From: Clostridiales bacterium
GTDB taxonomy: Bacteria > Bacillota > Clostridia > Christensenellales > Aristaeellaceae
Assembly (NCBI GenBank): GCA_015056085.1
Contig: SVHA01000006.1
Span: forward strand, 11,729-75,728
Length of the DNA stretch: 64,000 bases
Direction: 5' to 3'
Positions 43,227 through 54,107 of the stretch are shown piece after piece. How positions within the stretch are numbered: the first letter of the stretch is position 1; every line of letters begins with the position of its first letter. The position numbers and the translations under genes are program-made. Under the pieces are notes generated by a model, which saw nothing but the letters and a program-made list of their open reading frames with translations, was not told the origin of the DNA and did no database searches.

Positions 43227-43246
43227 TGTGCCGCATTTTTGAGCGC

Positions 43247-44401
43247 TTATTTCATCAAAGCTGCTGCAAGTGCGTCCATGGCCCGCTCGCTGTCCTCGTT
43301 GACCACCGAGCGGATGGTGACCGTTTCTTCCAGAAGGGTCAGGTTCTTGCTGCTTTCCAGCATCTTGGTCATGGCACGCAGGGCGGAGGGCGCCCAGGTG
43401 CCGTTTTCCATCAGCGCCACGGTGCGATTCTGATAATTCCGCTCCGTGAGGTGTTCCACAAAGGTGCGCATGAAGGGGAAAACGTCGCCGTTGTAGGAGG
43501 ACGCCGCCAGCACCAGTTTGCCGTAGCGGAAGGCGTCTTCCACGGCTTCGGCCATGTCGCAGCGGGCCAGATCGTTCACCACCACCTTGGGGCAGCCCAG
43601 GGCGGTGAGTTTCTCCGCCAGCAGGTTGGCGGCCTTCAAGGTGTTGCCGTAGATGGAGGCGCAGGCGATCATCACGCCTTCATCTTCCACGCCGTAGGAG
43701 GACCAGATCTGGTACTTTTCCAGATAGTAGCCGAGGTTTTCGGAAAGCACCGGGCCGTGGAGAGGGCAGATGGTGCGGATGTTCAGGGGAGCGGCCTTCT
43801 TCAGCAGGCTCTGTACCTGCACGCCGAACTTGCCCACAATGCCGAAATAGTACCGGCGGGCTTCGCAGGCCCAGTCCTCTTCCACATCCAGGGCGCCGAA
43901 CTTGCCAAAGGCGTCAGCGGAGAACAGCACGCCGTCTGCTTCATCCCAGGTGAGCATCACTTCCGGCCAGTGCACCATGGGTGCTGTGACGAAGGTGAGG
44001 GTCCTCTCGCCCAGGGAGAGGGTGCTGCCTTCAGCGGCGATAATGCGTCGGTCGGCGTAGTCCGTGCCGAAAAATTGCTGCATCATGGCAAAGGCCTTCT
44101 GGGTGGCCACCACCTGCGCCTGGGGATACGCCTCCATGAAGCGGGCGATGTTGGCGGAGTGGTCGGGCTCCATGTGCTGCACGACGAGGTAATCAGCGGT
44201 GCGGCCATTCAGGGCTTCACGCACTTTTGCCAGCCACTCATCGCCGAAGCGGGCGTCCACCGTGTCCATCACGGCGGCCTTTTCGTCCAGGATGACGTAG
44301 GAATTATAAGCCATGCCGTTGGGCACGATGTACTGACCTTCGAACAGGTCGATGTCATGATCGTTCACGCCCACATAGCGGATTTTCTCGGGAAGCTGCA
44401 T
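43247..44401 (-). CDS. FprA-type flavodiiron protein (metallo-beta-lactamase-like plus flavodoxin domains)
   Basis: VVQHMEPDHSANI is the H-x-E-x-D-H di-iron motif. C-terminal flavodoxin-like domain. AAAGGAG lies upstream. Confidence 0.9.
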   Translation of the reverse strand: MQLPEKIRYVGVNDHDIDLFEGQYIVPNGMAYNSYVILDEKAAVMDTVDARFGDEWLAKVREALNGRTADYLVVQHMEPDHSANIARFMEAYPQAQVVATQKAFAMMQQFFGTDYADRRIIAAEGSTLSLGERTLTFVTAPMVHWPEVMLTWDEADGVLFSADAFGKFGALDVEEDWACEARRYYFGIVGKFGVQVQSLLKKAAPLNIRTICPLHGPVLSENLGYYLEKYQIWSSYGVEDEGVMIACASIYGNTLKAANLLAEKLTALGCPKVVVNDLARCDMAEAVEDAFRYGKLVLAASSYNGDVFPFMRTFVEHLTERNYQNRTVALMENGTWAPSALRAMTKMLESSKNLTLLEETVTIRSVVNEDSERAMDALAAALMK

Positions 44402-44449
44402 CGTTCAATCTCCTTTTCATCTGCATGACCGGCCAGGCCGATCCCGTAT

Positions 44450-44478
44450 ATTATACTGAATCTATCCGCCGGGGGCAA
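44450..44478 (-). promoter_or_regulatory. Candidate promoter of the flavodiiron gene
   Basis: The minus strand reads TTGCCC, a 17-nt spacer, then TATAAT. Confidence 0.45.
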
Positions 44479-44506
44479 GTCCTGCGGGCCAATTTCTTAT
44501 GCCTGT

Positions 44507-45178
44507 TTATGGCGCCAGATCCAGCATACCGATGTTGTCGCCCACGTCGGTGTAGGTTTGCGGCACCTGTCCCACGATGATGCTCTCCGCCACCGCCACC
44601 TGAATCACCGCTTCCACCTCTTTGGCGCCGGAGGGAATCACCAGCTGCACATGGGCGGTGAGGGTGAGGGAAATCTTGTGGCGGGTCTGGTTGATGCCGG
44701 CGGATTCAAACTCCGTGGTGAATCCGGCAATCACCGCCCCCACCGGGAGAATGGCTACGCTGATTTTCGGCCCGGCGCCCGCCAGCATCGACACCCCCAG
44801 GGCACTGCCCAGGGGCACTTTGACCGTGCGGGATTCCAGGGAGGACAGTTTTTCCTGGGCGGTGAGGCTTGCCCGTGAGGACAACTGATTAAGCATGGGC
44901 GTGTTGGCCTGAATCAGCCGCACCTGGCCTGAATCATCGGCGGTGACAGCCATCAGGTCGCTGTAGGTGACGCCGGAGAGGACGATTTCTTCCGCCGCTT
45001 CATTGAGGACCTGCACCGCCATGGCTCTCGCCTGGGCCTGGGCCAGAGACAGCACCACGCCCGTCAGGTTGCGCTCCAGTTGATAGCCTGCCCATGCCAC
45101 TGCCAGCACCGCTGAGAGAGTGATCGATCGCACAAGATGCTTCTTCCATCCGGGTTTTGTTCCCTGCCATGCACACAT
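44507..45178 (-). CDS. yunB: Sporulation protein YunB family
   Basis: One N-terminal TM, then the YunB-like region ...VKVPLGSALGVSMLAGAGPKISV...INQTRHKISL. ATG 45178 lies 8 nt after GAAGGAG. Confidence 0.8.
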   Translation of the reverse strand: MCAWQGTKPGWKKHLVRSITLSAVLAVAWAGYQLERNLTGVVLSLAQAQARAMAVQVLNEAAEEIVLSGVTYSDLMAVTADDSGQVRLIQANTPMLNQLSSRASLTAQEKLSSLESRTVKVPLGSALGVSMLAGAGPKISVAILPVGAVIAGFTTEFESAGINQTRHKISLTLTAHVQLVIPSGAKEVEAVIQVAVAESIIVGQVPQTYTDVGDNIGMLDLAP

Positions 45179-45288
45179 TTTCCCCGCTCCTTCGTTATGT
45201 AATCGGGGCGGAAGTGTTGTGCCCTCCGCCGCAATATGATATAATATCAAGATGTAAAGGTATGCCCTTGACCGGGAGGAGTGAATCC

Positions 45289-48066
45289 ATGGCTGATCCG
45301 AGAGAGCCCCGGCGGTTCTTCCCCGCTCCTGGGGAGCAGCCCCCCATGAATGACATGGGAATGGAAGAACAATGGCTGGATGATCTGGAAGAATATCCGG
45401 AAGAAGGACAGGAGCGCCCTGCGCCCCGGTCTGTTTTCCGTCCCAATGTGAAAAAGCCCAACTTTATTCTCTGCGTGCTGGTGAACGTCATCAGAATCCT
45501 GTCCGTGCTGGTGCTGCTGGCGGGTCTGGCGGTGGTAGGCGCCGTGGCGGGCATCGCCAAGGGCTATGTGGAAACCGCCCCCAACCTGGACCTGGCCGCT
45601 TTGGACGATCAGGCGCAGACATCCTTTATTTATGACAGCAACGGCAATCTCATCACCGAATACAAGGGCAGCGAAAACCGTGTCATGGTGTCCATCGCTG
45701 CCATGCCGTCCTATCTGCAGCAGGCCTTTGTGGCCGTGGAGGACGCCCGCTTCTATACCCACACGGGCGTGGACCTCAAGCGCATCATCGGCGCTTTTGT
45801 GTCCAACATGACCTCCTCCTCCGTGCAGGGCGGTTCCACCATCACCCAGCAGCTGATTAAAAACACCCTCCTGTCCTCGGAGCAAAGCTACAAGCGCAAA
45901 ATTCAGGAGGCGTATCTCTCCCTGCAGCTGGAAGCCCGCTACACCAAGGAGCAGATCCTGGAAAGTTACCTCAATACCATCTATCTGGGCGAAAACTACT
46001 ACGGTGTGCAGACGGCTGCGGAAGGCTACTTCGGCAAGCAGCTTTCCGAACTGACCCTCCGGGAGTGCGCCATGCTGGCCGGCGCCTGCAATGCGCCCTA
46101 TTATTACAATCCCCGGCGCAACTTCTACACCCGCTCCAAGGAGGGTGTGGACTACGTTGCCATCACCAATGACCGCACCGACTATGTGCTCCGGTGTATG
46201 TATGAAAACCAGTTTATCACCTACGAACAGTATCAGGAGGCGCTCAATCCTGCCACCGCCACGGTGCTGGAAAAGGATCCCAACGCCGACGCCGGCATCT
46301 ATGAATATCCCCACTATGTGGAATACGCCGTGACGGAAGTGGTGGACATCCTGCTGGAACTCAATCAGCTGGAAGACACCTCCGCCAACCGCTATGCCAT
46401 GGAAAACAAACTCCGCACCGGCGGCTATCATGTGCAGCTGGCTATCGACACCACCATCCAGGAAACGGTGGAGGACACGCTGGAAAACTGGACGAAGTAT
46501 CCGTCCCTCCGTGACCCGGACGACAAGGTGTACCGTTCCCGCAATCCCGACGGAACATACGACGAGGTGGTTCAGCCGCAGGCAGCCGCCGTGGTGCTGG
46601 ATTATCACACTGGCGAAATCAAGGCCATCGTGGGCAGCCGCACGCCTCCCACCGCCATGAAGACCCTCAACCGGGCCGTGGACATGAATATGCCCGTGGG
46701 CTCTTCCATCAAGCCCATTGCCGTGTATGCCCCCGCCATTGAACTGGGCGCATCCCCTGCCAGTATCGTGTTCAATATGCCCCTGCCCATCGCTGGCTGG
46801 CGAGGCTCCGACGGGCGGGATTCCTGGCCCCGCAACTATTCCGGCTCCAGTTATGAAGGCCCGGAAACCCTGCGCTTTGCCATGACCAAGAGCCACAACA
46901 CTGCCGCCGCCCAGGCGCTGATGACGCTGGTGGGCGTGGAAAACGCCTCCACCTTCCTGCAGATGCTGGGCGTGGACCCGGATCACATTGATGAAACGCC
47001 TTTCGGCCTGTCTCTGGGCTCCAGCGGCATCACGCCCCTGGAAATGTCCGTGGCCTTTGGCGTGATGGCCAACGGTGGCGTGTATCAGGAGCCCATCTCC
47101 GTGCTGGGCATCTCTGACAGCGAAGGCCGTGTGGTGTGGGACGGTCACATGAATCAGGAACGCCGCCGGGTGTTCTCTGAATCCACCGCCTGGCTGATTG
47201 TGGATATGCTCAAGGACGCCGTGTCCTCCGGCACGGGCACCAGCGCCAAAATCAGCGGCCAGACCGTCGCCGGCAAGACCGGCACCAACTCCGACCAGAA
47301 GGGCGTGTTTTTCTCCGGCATGACGGGGTATTATTCCTCCGCCGTGTGGGTGGGCCATGACAATTACAAGGCTCTGGCCAGCAAGAGCACCGGCTCCAGT
47401 GCCGCCGCACCCCTGTGGCAGGCGTACATGAAGCGGATTCATTCCGGCCTGCCCAACAAGGATATTCTTGACGGCAATCCCAGCCAGTACGGCCTGATTG
47501 CCGTGACCACCTGCGCCGTTTCCGGGCAACTGGCCACCGACGCCTGCCGTCAGGACGCCATGGGCTACGGCACCGTGACGGACTACTGGGCGGCGGACAA
47601 GGCCCCCACCGTTTCCTGCCAGATGCACACCACCCAGAGCGTCTGCCTGGAAAGCGGGCAGGCTGCCGGGCCTTACTGCCCCATGACCATGGTGCAGGGC
47701 GTCATCCGGATTCCCCAGGGGCATCCGCTGTACCGCTTCCTGGGTACGGAATATGAAAGCGTGCTGACGGAGTATCTGGGCAATTATGTCGTCTCCGGAA
47801 ACGGCGGCACCTGCAGCCTGCACACGGCCTATTCTTCAACAGGCTCCAACCCCGTGGTGCAGAATACCCTCATCCCCGACGCCCAGATGCTGCTTTCCCA
47901 GGCGCAGAACACCCTGTGGACGCTGGATCCCTCCTCCGCCCACTATATGCACCTGCAAAGCGCCATTTCCAACCTGGAATACATCATTTCCCTGCCTGCG
48001 CCCACCACCAGCGAGGTGGCCTCCGCCATGGGTCAGCTCACCCAGGCCATGGCCGGCGTATGGTAA
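45289..48066 (+). CDS. Class A (PBP1A family) penicillin-binding protein
   Basis: Glycosyltransferase motifs EDARFYTHTGVD and RKIQEAYLSLQLE. Transpeptidase motifs SSIK (SxxK) and KTGT. GGGAGGAG lies 7 nt before ATG 45289. Confidence 0.9.
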   Translation: MADPREPRRFFPAPGEQPPMNDMGMEEQWLDDLEEYPEEGQERPAPRSVFRPNVKKPNFILCVLVNVIRILSVLVLLAGLAVVGAVAGIAKGYVETAPNLDLAALDDQAQTSFIYDSNGNLITEYKGSENRVMVSIAAMPSYLQQAFVAVEDARFYTHTGVDLKRIIGAFVSNMTSSSVQGGSTITQQLIKNTLLSSEQSYKRKIQEAYLSLQLEARYTKEQILESYLNTIYLGENYYGVQTAAEGYFGKQLSELTLRECAMLAGACNAPYYYNPRRNFYTRSKEGVDYVAITNDRTDYVLRCMYENQFITYEQYQEALNPATATVLEKDPNADAGIYEYPHYVEYAVTEVVDILLELNQLEDTSANRYAMENKLRTGGYHVQLAIDTTIQETVEDTLENWTKYPSLRDPDDKVYRSRNPDGTYDEVVQPQAAAVVLDYHTGEIKAIVGSRTPPTAMKTLNRAVDMNMPVGSSIKPIAVYAPAIELGASPASIVFNMPLPIAGWRGSDGRDSWPRNYSGSSYEGPETLRFAMTKSHNTAAAQALMTLVGVENASTFLQMLGVDPDHIDETPFGLSLGSSGITPLEMSVAFGVMANGGVYQEPISVLGISDSEGRVVWDGHMNQERRRVFSESTAWLIVDMLKDAVSSGTGTSAKISGQTVAGKTGTNSDQKGVFFSGMTGYYSSAVWVGHDNYKALASKSTGSSAAAPLWQAYMKRIHSGLPNKDILDGNPSQYGLIAVTTCAVSGQLATDACRQDAMGYGTVTDYWAADKAPTVSCQMHTTQSVCLESGQAAGPYCPMTMVQGVIRIPQGHPLYRFLGTEYESVLTEYLGNYVVSGNGGTCSLHTAYSSTGSNPVVQNTLIPDAQMLLSQAQNTLWTLDPSSAHYMHLQSAISNLEYIISLPAPTTSEVASAMGQLTQAMAGVW

Positions 48067-48446
48067 CGTCCGGGCAGGACTTCGCCTGCGTTCTCTCTGC
48101 CCTGAGCGCCCTGCGACTGCCCCTGCAGCAGGGGGAATACGACCTGCATCAGAAGGTGATGGCCGCCCTTGACGGCGCCGGCATCCCCTATCAGCATGAG
48201 TACCCGCTGGCGCCCCGCTGCCGCATCGACCTGATCTGCGGCCGGGAGAAAAACATCGGCGTGGAAATCAAGCGGGGCAAAGTGGATACGCAGCGCCTTC
48301 GCAAACAATTAGAGCGCTATGCCGCCTGCCCGGAGGTATCCGCCCTGATTGTGGTGACGGAAAAGACCGTCCCCCTGCCCGATACCCTCCTGGGAAAGCC
48401 CCTTGGGCGGATTTGCCTCAACCGCCTGTGGGGGATTGCCCTATGA
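48060..48446 (+). CDS. Small PD-(D/E)XK (VRR-NUC-like) nuclease-fold protein
   Basis: CRIDLICGREKNIGVEIKRGK fits a D...(E)xK motif. ATG 48060 overlaps the PBP stop (ATGGTAA). 128 aa. Confidence 0.4.
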   Translation: MVTSGQDFACVLSALSALRLPLQQGEYDLHQKVMAALDGAGIPYQHEYPLAPRCRIDLICGREKNIGVEIKRGKVDTQRLRKQLERYAACPEVSALIVVTEKTVPLPDTLLGKPLGRICLNRLWGIAL

Positions 48447-48456
48447 AAGGAACTGT

Positions 48457-50208
48457 ATGACCGATTACACCCCTGAAGAGAAGGACCTGCTGCCGGCGTA
48501 TCTTTTGCCGCAGCCCACGCCCCGGCGCGTCTACGGCACCCTGTCGTGGAATCGCCGCCGCAAGTGCTGGGTGGTGAAGGCCGAGCCCTCCGTGACGGAG
48601 ATGTGCAAGCGGCTCTTCCCCGGCAGCGGCGGCGCTAAAAGGGGCGAGGCCCGTTTTGCCAACCATCGCCGGCTGGTGGGGGAAATGTGCTGGCTGATGA
48701 TGCGCTTTCCCCTGGAAGTGGCCCCCCGGGACAAAGCCCTGTGGGATGAAGCCGTATCCATGGCACGCCGGGAGGTCATCCGCCGGGAACAGGCAGCCTC
48801 TCTGCCCCGGCAGATGACGCCCCCTGAGGGAACCTTCACAGGGGAACTGATGTCCTTCCAGCAGGAGGGCCTTGCCTGGCTGATGGCCAGGGACAGGGGC
48901 CTGCTGGCGGATGAAATGGGTCTGGGCAAAACGGTGCAGGCGCTGGCATGGCTGGCAAGCCGCCGGGCGTTCCCGGCGCTGGTGGTGCCTCCGGCCCACC
49001 TGACCCGCAACTGGCAGGAGGAAGCCGCCCGCTTCCTGCGCCTGAACGGAAAGCCGCCCCGCATCCATATCATCAGGGGGCTGAAGCCCTACGATCTGCC
49101 GGAAGCGGACATTTATATCATGCACTACCTGCTTTTGCGGGGTTGGAAGGACGCTCTGCCCTCCCTGCCCTTTCAGGCAGTGATCTTCGATGAAATCCAG
49201 GAACTGCGCCACGGCGGAACGGAGAAATACTCCGCTGCCAGCCTGCTTTCGGAAAGCTGTCAGCAGGTCATCGGCCTGTCCGGAACGCCGATTTACAACC
49301 GGGGCGGCGAAATCTGGAACGTCATTAACATTCTGGACTTTCACTTTCTGGGCGACTGGGAGAGTTTCTCCCGGGAGTGGTGCTACGGTTACGGCAGCGC
49401 TGTGGTCATCAAGCCGGACCTGCTGGGGGATTACCTCCGGCGGGAAGGCCTGATGCTCCGCCGCACCAAGCAGGAAGTGCTCCACGAACTGCCGCCCAAG
49501 CGCCGTCTGGTACAGGAACTGGACTGGAACGACAAGGTGTACGCCGCCCTGATGGCGCCCATCCTGCCGGATGTGATACGCTGGAAGCAGGACGGCACTC
49601 TGACCGCCTCCCAGCGGGCGATGCTGGAGCAGTCCATCTCCCTCCATGCAAGGCAGGCCACCGGCGTGGCTAAGGCGCCCTATGTGTGCCAGTTCGTCCG
49701 GGCGCTGCTGGACGGCGGGGAAAAGGTGCTGCTCTTTGCCCATCATCATCAGGTGATGGACGCCTTCAAAAAGGAACTGAAGGCCTTCTCGCCGGGATTC
49801 ATCACCGGCCGGGAGACGTCGCAGGCCAAATCCCACGCAGCAGAGCGATTCATGATCGGCAAGACAGACCTGCTGTGCGTGTCGCTGAGGGCCGCCAGCG
49901 GCCTCAACCTCCAAAGGGCCACCTGCGTGGTGTTCGGCGAACTGGACTGGTCTCCTGCGGTGCACTCCCAGGCGGAAGACCGGGCCCACCGCATCGGCCA
50001 GGAGGATTCCCTTCTGTGCTACTATCTGGTGTCCCCGCAAGGCTCGGACGCCGTGATGCAGGAAGCGCTGGGGCTGAAAGTCAGCCAGTTTGTGGCGCTG
50101 ATGGGCGATACGCCCCTGTCCCCCGATGAGGCGGAAGAAAACGCCCGCTGCGCCCGCCGTCATGTGGAACAGCTGGCCCAGCGCCTGTGCCCGGATGCAT
50201 CCGCCTGA
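48457..50208 (+). CDS. SNF2 family DNA/RNA helicase
   Basis: [17 protein letters not shown] (motif I), FDEIQELRH (motif II), LSGTPIYN and [11 protein letters not shown] (motif VI). Confidence 0.85.
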   Translation: MTDYTPEEKDLLPAYLLPQPTPRRVYGTLSWNRRRKCWVVKAEPSVTEMCKRLFPGSGGAKRGEARFANHRRLVGEMCWLMMRFPLEVAPRDKALWDEAVSMARREVIRREQAASLPRQMTPPEGTFTGELMSFQQEGLAWLMARDRGLLADEMGLGKTVQALAWLASRRAFPALVVPPAHLTRNWQEEAARFLRLNGKPPRIHIIRGLKPYDLPEADIYIMHYLLLRGWKDALPSLPFQAVIFDEIQELRHGGTEKYSAASLLSESCQQVIGLSGTPIYNRGGEIWNVINILDFHFLGDWESFSREWCYGYGSAVVIKPDLLGDYLRREGLMLRRTKQEVLHELPPKRRLVQELDWNDKVYAALMAPILPDVIRWKQDGTLTASQRAMLEQSISLHARQATGVAKAPYVCQFVRALLDGGEKVLLFAHHHQVMDAFKKELKAFSPGFITGRETSQAKSHAAERFMIGKTDLLCVSLRAASGLNLQRATCVVFGELDWSPAVHSQAEDRAHRIGQEDSLLCYYLVSPQGSDAVMQEALGLKVSQFVALMGDTPLSPDEAEENARCARRHVEQLAQRLCPDASA

Positions 50209-50230
50209 TATGCGAAAGGAGTTCTCCCTG

Positions 50231-51064
50231 ATGCGACTGATCGGCTGTCATCTTTCTTCCAGCAAGGGTTATCTTGCCATGGGCCGGGAAGCCGTGTCCA
50301 TCGGCGCCAACACCTGCCAGTATTTCACCCGCAATCCCCGGGGCGGCAGCGCCAAAGCGCTGGACGAAAAAGACGTGGCGACCTATCTGACCTATGCGGA
50401 GGAAAACGGCATGGGACAGCTGCTGGCCCATGCCCCCTATACCCTCAACGGCTGCAGCGCCGACCCCTCCGTGCGGGATTTCGCAAGACGCACCATGCTG
50501 GATGATCTTCAGCGGCTGGAACATCTGCCCGGCGGGCTGTATAACTTCCACCCCGGCAGCCATGTGGGGCAGGGCGTTGAAGCTGGTATCGCCATGATCT
50601 GCGAAATGCTGCAAAGCGTGATGTGGGAGGATATGCACACCACCGTCCTGCTGGAAACCATGGCGGGCAAGGGCAGCGAGGTGGGCGGAACCTTTGAGGA
50701 ACTGCGGGAGATCATCGACCGCACACCCCTGTCTCACCATCTGGGCGTGTGTCTGGATACCTGCCACGTCCATGACGCCGGGTATGACATCGTGAATGAC
50801 CTGGACGGCGTGCTGACCCGCTTTGACAAGGTGGTAGGCCTTGACCGCCTCAAGGCCATCCACCTCAATGATTCCAAGAACGTCTGCGGTGCCCGCAAGG
50901 ACCGCCACGAAAAGATCGGCGAGGGGCACATCGGGCTGGAAGCGCTGATGCGGGTGGTCAATCACCCGGTTTTGGTGCACCTGCCCTTCGAACTGGAAAC
51001 GCCCAACGACTTGGAGGGCTATGCACGGGAAATTGCCCTGATCAAAAGCAGGTATCAGGACTAA
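50231..51064 (+). CDS. nfo: Deoxyribonuclease IV (endonuclease IV)
   Basis: [26 protein letters not shown] and HLNDSK are metal-ligand motifs. AAAGGAG lies 9 nt before ATG 50231. Confidence 0.9.
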   Translation: MRLIGCHLSSSKGYLAMGREAVSIGANTCQYFTRNPRGGSAKALDEKDVATYLTYAEENGMGQLLAHAPYTLNGCSADPSVRDFARRTMLDDLQRLEHLPGGLYNFHPGSHVGQGVEAGIAMICEMLQSVMWEDMHTTVLLETMAGKGSEVGGTFEELREIIDRTPLSHHLGVCLDTCHVHDAGYDIVNDLDGVLTRFDKVVGLDRLKAIHLNDSKNVCGARKDRHEKIGEGHIGLEALMRVVNHPVLVHLPFELETPNDLEGYAREIALIKSRYQD

Positions 51065-51079
51065 AGAAGGAGCATCTTC

Positions 51080-52093
51080 ATGATAGAAGTGTCCGCCGGA
51101 ATCATCCGGCGCAAGGATGGCCGCCTGCTGGTGTGCCAGCGGGGGGAAGGGCAGCACAACGCCCACCTGTGGGAATTCCCCGGCGGCAAGCAGGAAGCGG
51201 GGGAAACGCCTGCCTCCTGCCTTTGCCGGGAACTGATGGAGGAACTTGCCCTGCCGGTGGAGAATATTTCCAGATATGCCCAAAGAGTGTACGGGGATAT
51301 CCGCCTCACCTTCCTCGCGGGAGAAACGGACGCCGAGCCTGTTCCCACAGAGCATGAAGATGTGCGCTTCGTCACCCGGGAAGAACTGCTCACCCTGCCT
51401 TTCTGCCCGGCGGATGCGCCCATCGCCCGGCGGCTGGCGCTGAAAGGGGAGAGGCTCACCTGCTTCATCTGGGATTTTGACGGCACGCTGATGGACACCT
51501 ATCCCCACATGGTGCTCTCCATGAAGCGGGCGCTGGAAGATCAAGGGCTGTTCATGGGGGAAAAGGAACTGCTGGACCTGATGAAGGTCAGCGTGCCCTA
51601 CTGCCGGGACGTGCTGTCTGAACAGCACGGACTGGATCGGTTTGCGCTGCAGATTGGCTACTGGGAGCACGGAAAAAAGCTGGATCGTTCGCAGGTGCAG
51701 CCTATCCCCGGCATCCCGGAGACCCTGCGGGAACTTCGCCGCCGGGGCGGACGCCACTTCGTCTACACCCACCGGGACAAGGGCACCTTTGATTATCTGC
51801 GTCAGGCGGGGCTGATCGACGAATTTGAGGACATCATCACCGGCGACGACGGATTCCGCCGCAAGCCGGAGCCGGACGCTCTGCTGCATCTGATCGAAAA
51901 GCACCAACTGATTCCCGGCGAATGTGTGATGATCGGCGACAGGCCCCTCGACACTGCCTGCGGACGCAATGCGGGAATGCTCTCCTGTATGCTGGACACC
52001 GAGGGCCGCTTCAGCGATGACTCGGCGGAATACTACACCCATGACGCCCGGCTGATGCCGGATTTGTTCCTCCCCCTCAGCGGGGAAGGCTGA
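51080..52093 (+). CDS. Nudix hydrolase (MutT-like) fused to a HAD-superfamily phosphatase
   Basis: Nudix box GGKQEAGETPASCLCRELMEELAL. HAD motif I IWDFDGTLMDT and a late GDRPLD motif. Confidence 0.8.
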   Translation: MIEVSAGIIRRKDGRLLVCQRGEGQHNAHLWEFPGGKQEAGETPASCLCRELMEELALPVENISRYAQRVYGDIRLTFLAGETDAEPVPTEHEDVRFVTREELLTLPFCPADAPIARRLALKGERLTCFIWDFDGTLMDTYPHMVLSMKRALEDQGLFMGEKELLDLMKVSVPYCRDVLSEQHGLDRFALQIGYWEHGKKLDRSQVQPIPGIPETLRELRRRGGRHFVYTHRDKGTFDYLRQAGLIDEFEDIITGDDGFRRKPEPDALLHLIEKHQLIPGECVMIGDRPLDTACGRNAGMLSCMLDTEGRFSDDSAEYYTHDARLMPDLFLPLSGEG

Positions 52094-52115
52094 AACACCA
52101 ATGGAGGTTTCATGT

Positions 52116-54074
52116 ATGCGTAAATTCCTTTCCCTGCTGCTGGCGATGCTCCTGGCTCTTTCCCTGACCCCTGCTTTTGCGGAGGAAACGGGGGAAAGCG
52201 CCCCTGCTGACGCCGCCGCTGTGCCGGAAGCGACCGCCACCCCTGCGCCGCAGGTCTACCCCCTGTCGCTGGAAACGCCCGCCGGCGTCATCCGCCCCGG
52301 CAAGGCCACGCTGCTGACCTTCTCCGTGCCGGAATACGGCATGGTGGAGCTGCTGGTGGTCAACAATAACGGGGAAACGGTCTCCGTGGTCAGCGATACC
52401 TTCCTGGCCAATCCCGGTGTGAACAGCATCTGGTGGAACGGCACCTTCAACGGCGTTTTTGCCCCGGAAGGCGCCTTCACCCTGCTGCTTCGCACGGCCC
52501 AGGGCGAAGTATCCGTGCCGGTCACCATCGGCGCAGTCGCCCCCTATATGACCAATCTCCTTTCCAGCGTGGACAGTACCGCCCACACCATGACGGTGGA
52601 TTTCTACTGCAGCGTCAGCGGCCTTGTGAGCGTGGGCGTGTGGGTGGATGACATCTGGACGCTGGTGGATTCCCTGCAGGTGGAAGCGGGCGATGTGCAG
52701 TATGTGTGGGATATGACCACCGCCAACCCCAACACCCGTGCCCTGACCCTGACCCTCACCGGCGCTGACGGCTCCGCCTCCACCGAGGAACACATTCCCG
52801 TGCTGCCCGAGGATTTCCGTTTCCTGCAGGCAGAGGAAGAAACCACAGTTTCCCCCGACCCTGCCCAGCCGGAAGAAACCCATGAGCCGCTGGAAGCCCC
52901 GGAATCCATTGTTGTCGAGCCCACCGCCGCCCCTGAAAAGGAAGAAGTGTTCACCCCCGCCCACGGCAGCCCTTATGAAGGCATGGATACCACGCTCAAC
53001 TACTGGACGCTGCCCATGGACATCACCGACGAAGCCGCCGTGTGGGAAGTGCTTTCCCAGCCCATGACGGTCATCGACGGCGACTCCAAAACCCAGGCGT
53101 ATCTCTTTGCCGAGCCCGATCTGGACTCCGGCAAGGTGGCCATGGTCACCAGAGGCAGCCAGGGCCTGCACGTGCTGGAAACGCTGGACAACGGCTGGTC
53201 GCTGGTGGAGTGCTACTCCTCCTCCTTCCATGACAATCCCGTCAAGGCGTGGAATATGCTGGTGCAGGGCTATGTGAAGACCAATACCCTGAAAACCATC
53301 ACCCCCAACATGACTTACGGCTGTGTGGTGGACAAGCTGACCCAGCGCCTGTATGTTTTCCAGGATGGCAAACTCCTGTCCACCCTGCTGGTGTCCACCG
53401 GCATTGCCAACGAGCGCCAGCCCTACAACGAGACCCGCTCCGGCGAGTTTGTGTTCGCCAGCCCCACCGGCGGCTTCTGGAGCGACAATATGTACTGCCC
53501 CCGGGCCATCCGCTTCAATGACGGCGACCTGCTTCATGAAGTGCCCTATGTGTCCCGAGGCTCCAGCAAAATCTATTCCGTCACCGAGCCCTTCCTGGGG
53601 GAAAAGGCCAGCCATGGCTGCATTCGTGTGCAGCGCAAGAAGACCCCCGAGGGCATCAACATGGAATGGCTGTGGGAAAACCGCAAGATGGGCATCAAGA
53701 TCATCGTGTGGGAAGACTGGCAGGGCCGCCAGCTGGAAATTCCCTCGGACGACACGCTGCTTTACTATAACCCCGACGGCGGCGAGAGTTATCACAGCCA
53801 GATCACCTGCTATGCCTACGACGCCAATCAGTCGGAAATGACGCCCTTCACCTTCGGAGAACTGGATACGGAGCCCTATGCCTCGCTGGAAAGGTGTCAG
53901 TTCTGCGCCGTGACCAAGCGCCGCAGCGAACTGGAAGCCTTCAACGCCCTGTACGCCCCCGGCGGCGATCATGACCCGGTGATGACCCAGGCAAGGCAGA
54001 AGTTCCTGGACAGCCTGGATGAATCCCTGGCCCAGCGCATCATCGACGGCGTCCGCCCCGGCGACATTGAGTAA
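52116..54074 (+). CDS. L,D-transpeptidase (YkuD) family protein, secreted, with N-terminal Ig-like region
   Basis: Signal peptide MRKFLSLLLAMLLALSLTPAFA. Catalytic motif ASHGCIRV. GGAGG lies 8 nt before ATG 52116. Confidence 0.85.
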   Translation: MRKFLSLLLAMLLALSLTPAFAEETGESAPADAAAVPEATATPAPQVYPLSLETPAGVIRPGKATLLTFSVPEYGMVELLVVNNNGETVSVVSDTFLANPGVNSIWWNGTFNGVFAPEGAFTLLLRTAQGEVSVPVTIGAVAPYMTNLLSSVDSTAHTMTVDFYCSVSGLVSVGVWVDDIWTLVDSLQVEAGDVQYVWDMTTANPNTRALTLTLTGADGSASTEEHIPVLPEDFRFLQAEEETTVSPDPAQPEETHEPLEAPESIVVEPTAAPEKEEVFTPAHGSPYEGMDTTLNYWTLPMDITDEAAVWEVLSQPMTVIDGDSKTQAYLFAEPDLDSGKVAMVTRGSQGLHVLETLDNGWSLVECYSSSFHDNPVKAWNMLVQGYVKTNTLKTITPNMTYGCVVDKLTQRLYVFQDGKLLSTLLVSTGIANERQPYNETRSGEFVFASPTGGFWSDNMYCPRAIRFNDGDLLHEVPYVSRGSSKIYSVTEPFLGEKASHGCIRVQRKKTPEGINMEWLWENRKMGIKIIVWEDWQGRQLEIPSDDTLLYYNPDGGESYHSQITCYAYDANQSEMTPFTFGELDTEPYASLERCQFCAVTKRRSELEAFNALYAPGGDHDPVMTQARQKFLDSLDESLAQRIIDGVRPGDIE

Positions 54075-54107
54075 CCCATCGGGAAGGAGGAATCTCCCCT
54101 GAACATT

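Noticed and set aside
41569-43236. The 555-aa ORF spanning the TetR gene and the antisense of the CDF gene.
   Set aside because: It is chimeric. Only the last ~187 aa carry the TetR HTH and ligand domain. The N-terminal 2/3 is antisense to a CDF gene with clear signatures and reads as a His/Val-rich artefact.
48060-50208. The SNF2 helicase plus small nuclease as a phage-defence system or prophage remnant.
   Set aside because: No other phage, defence or mobile genes flank it. Composition looks native, and it is tightly packed with the PBP gene and repair genes. It is kept as a moderate-interest finding rather than a defence call.
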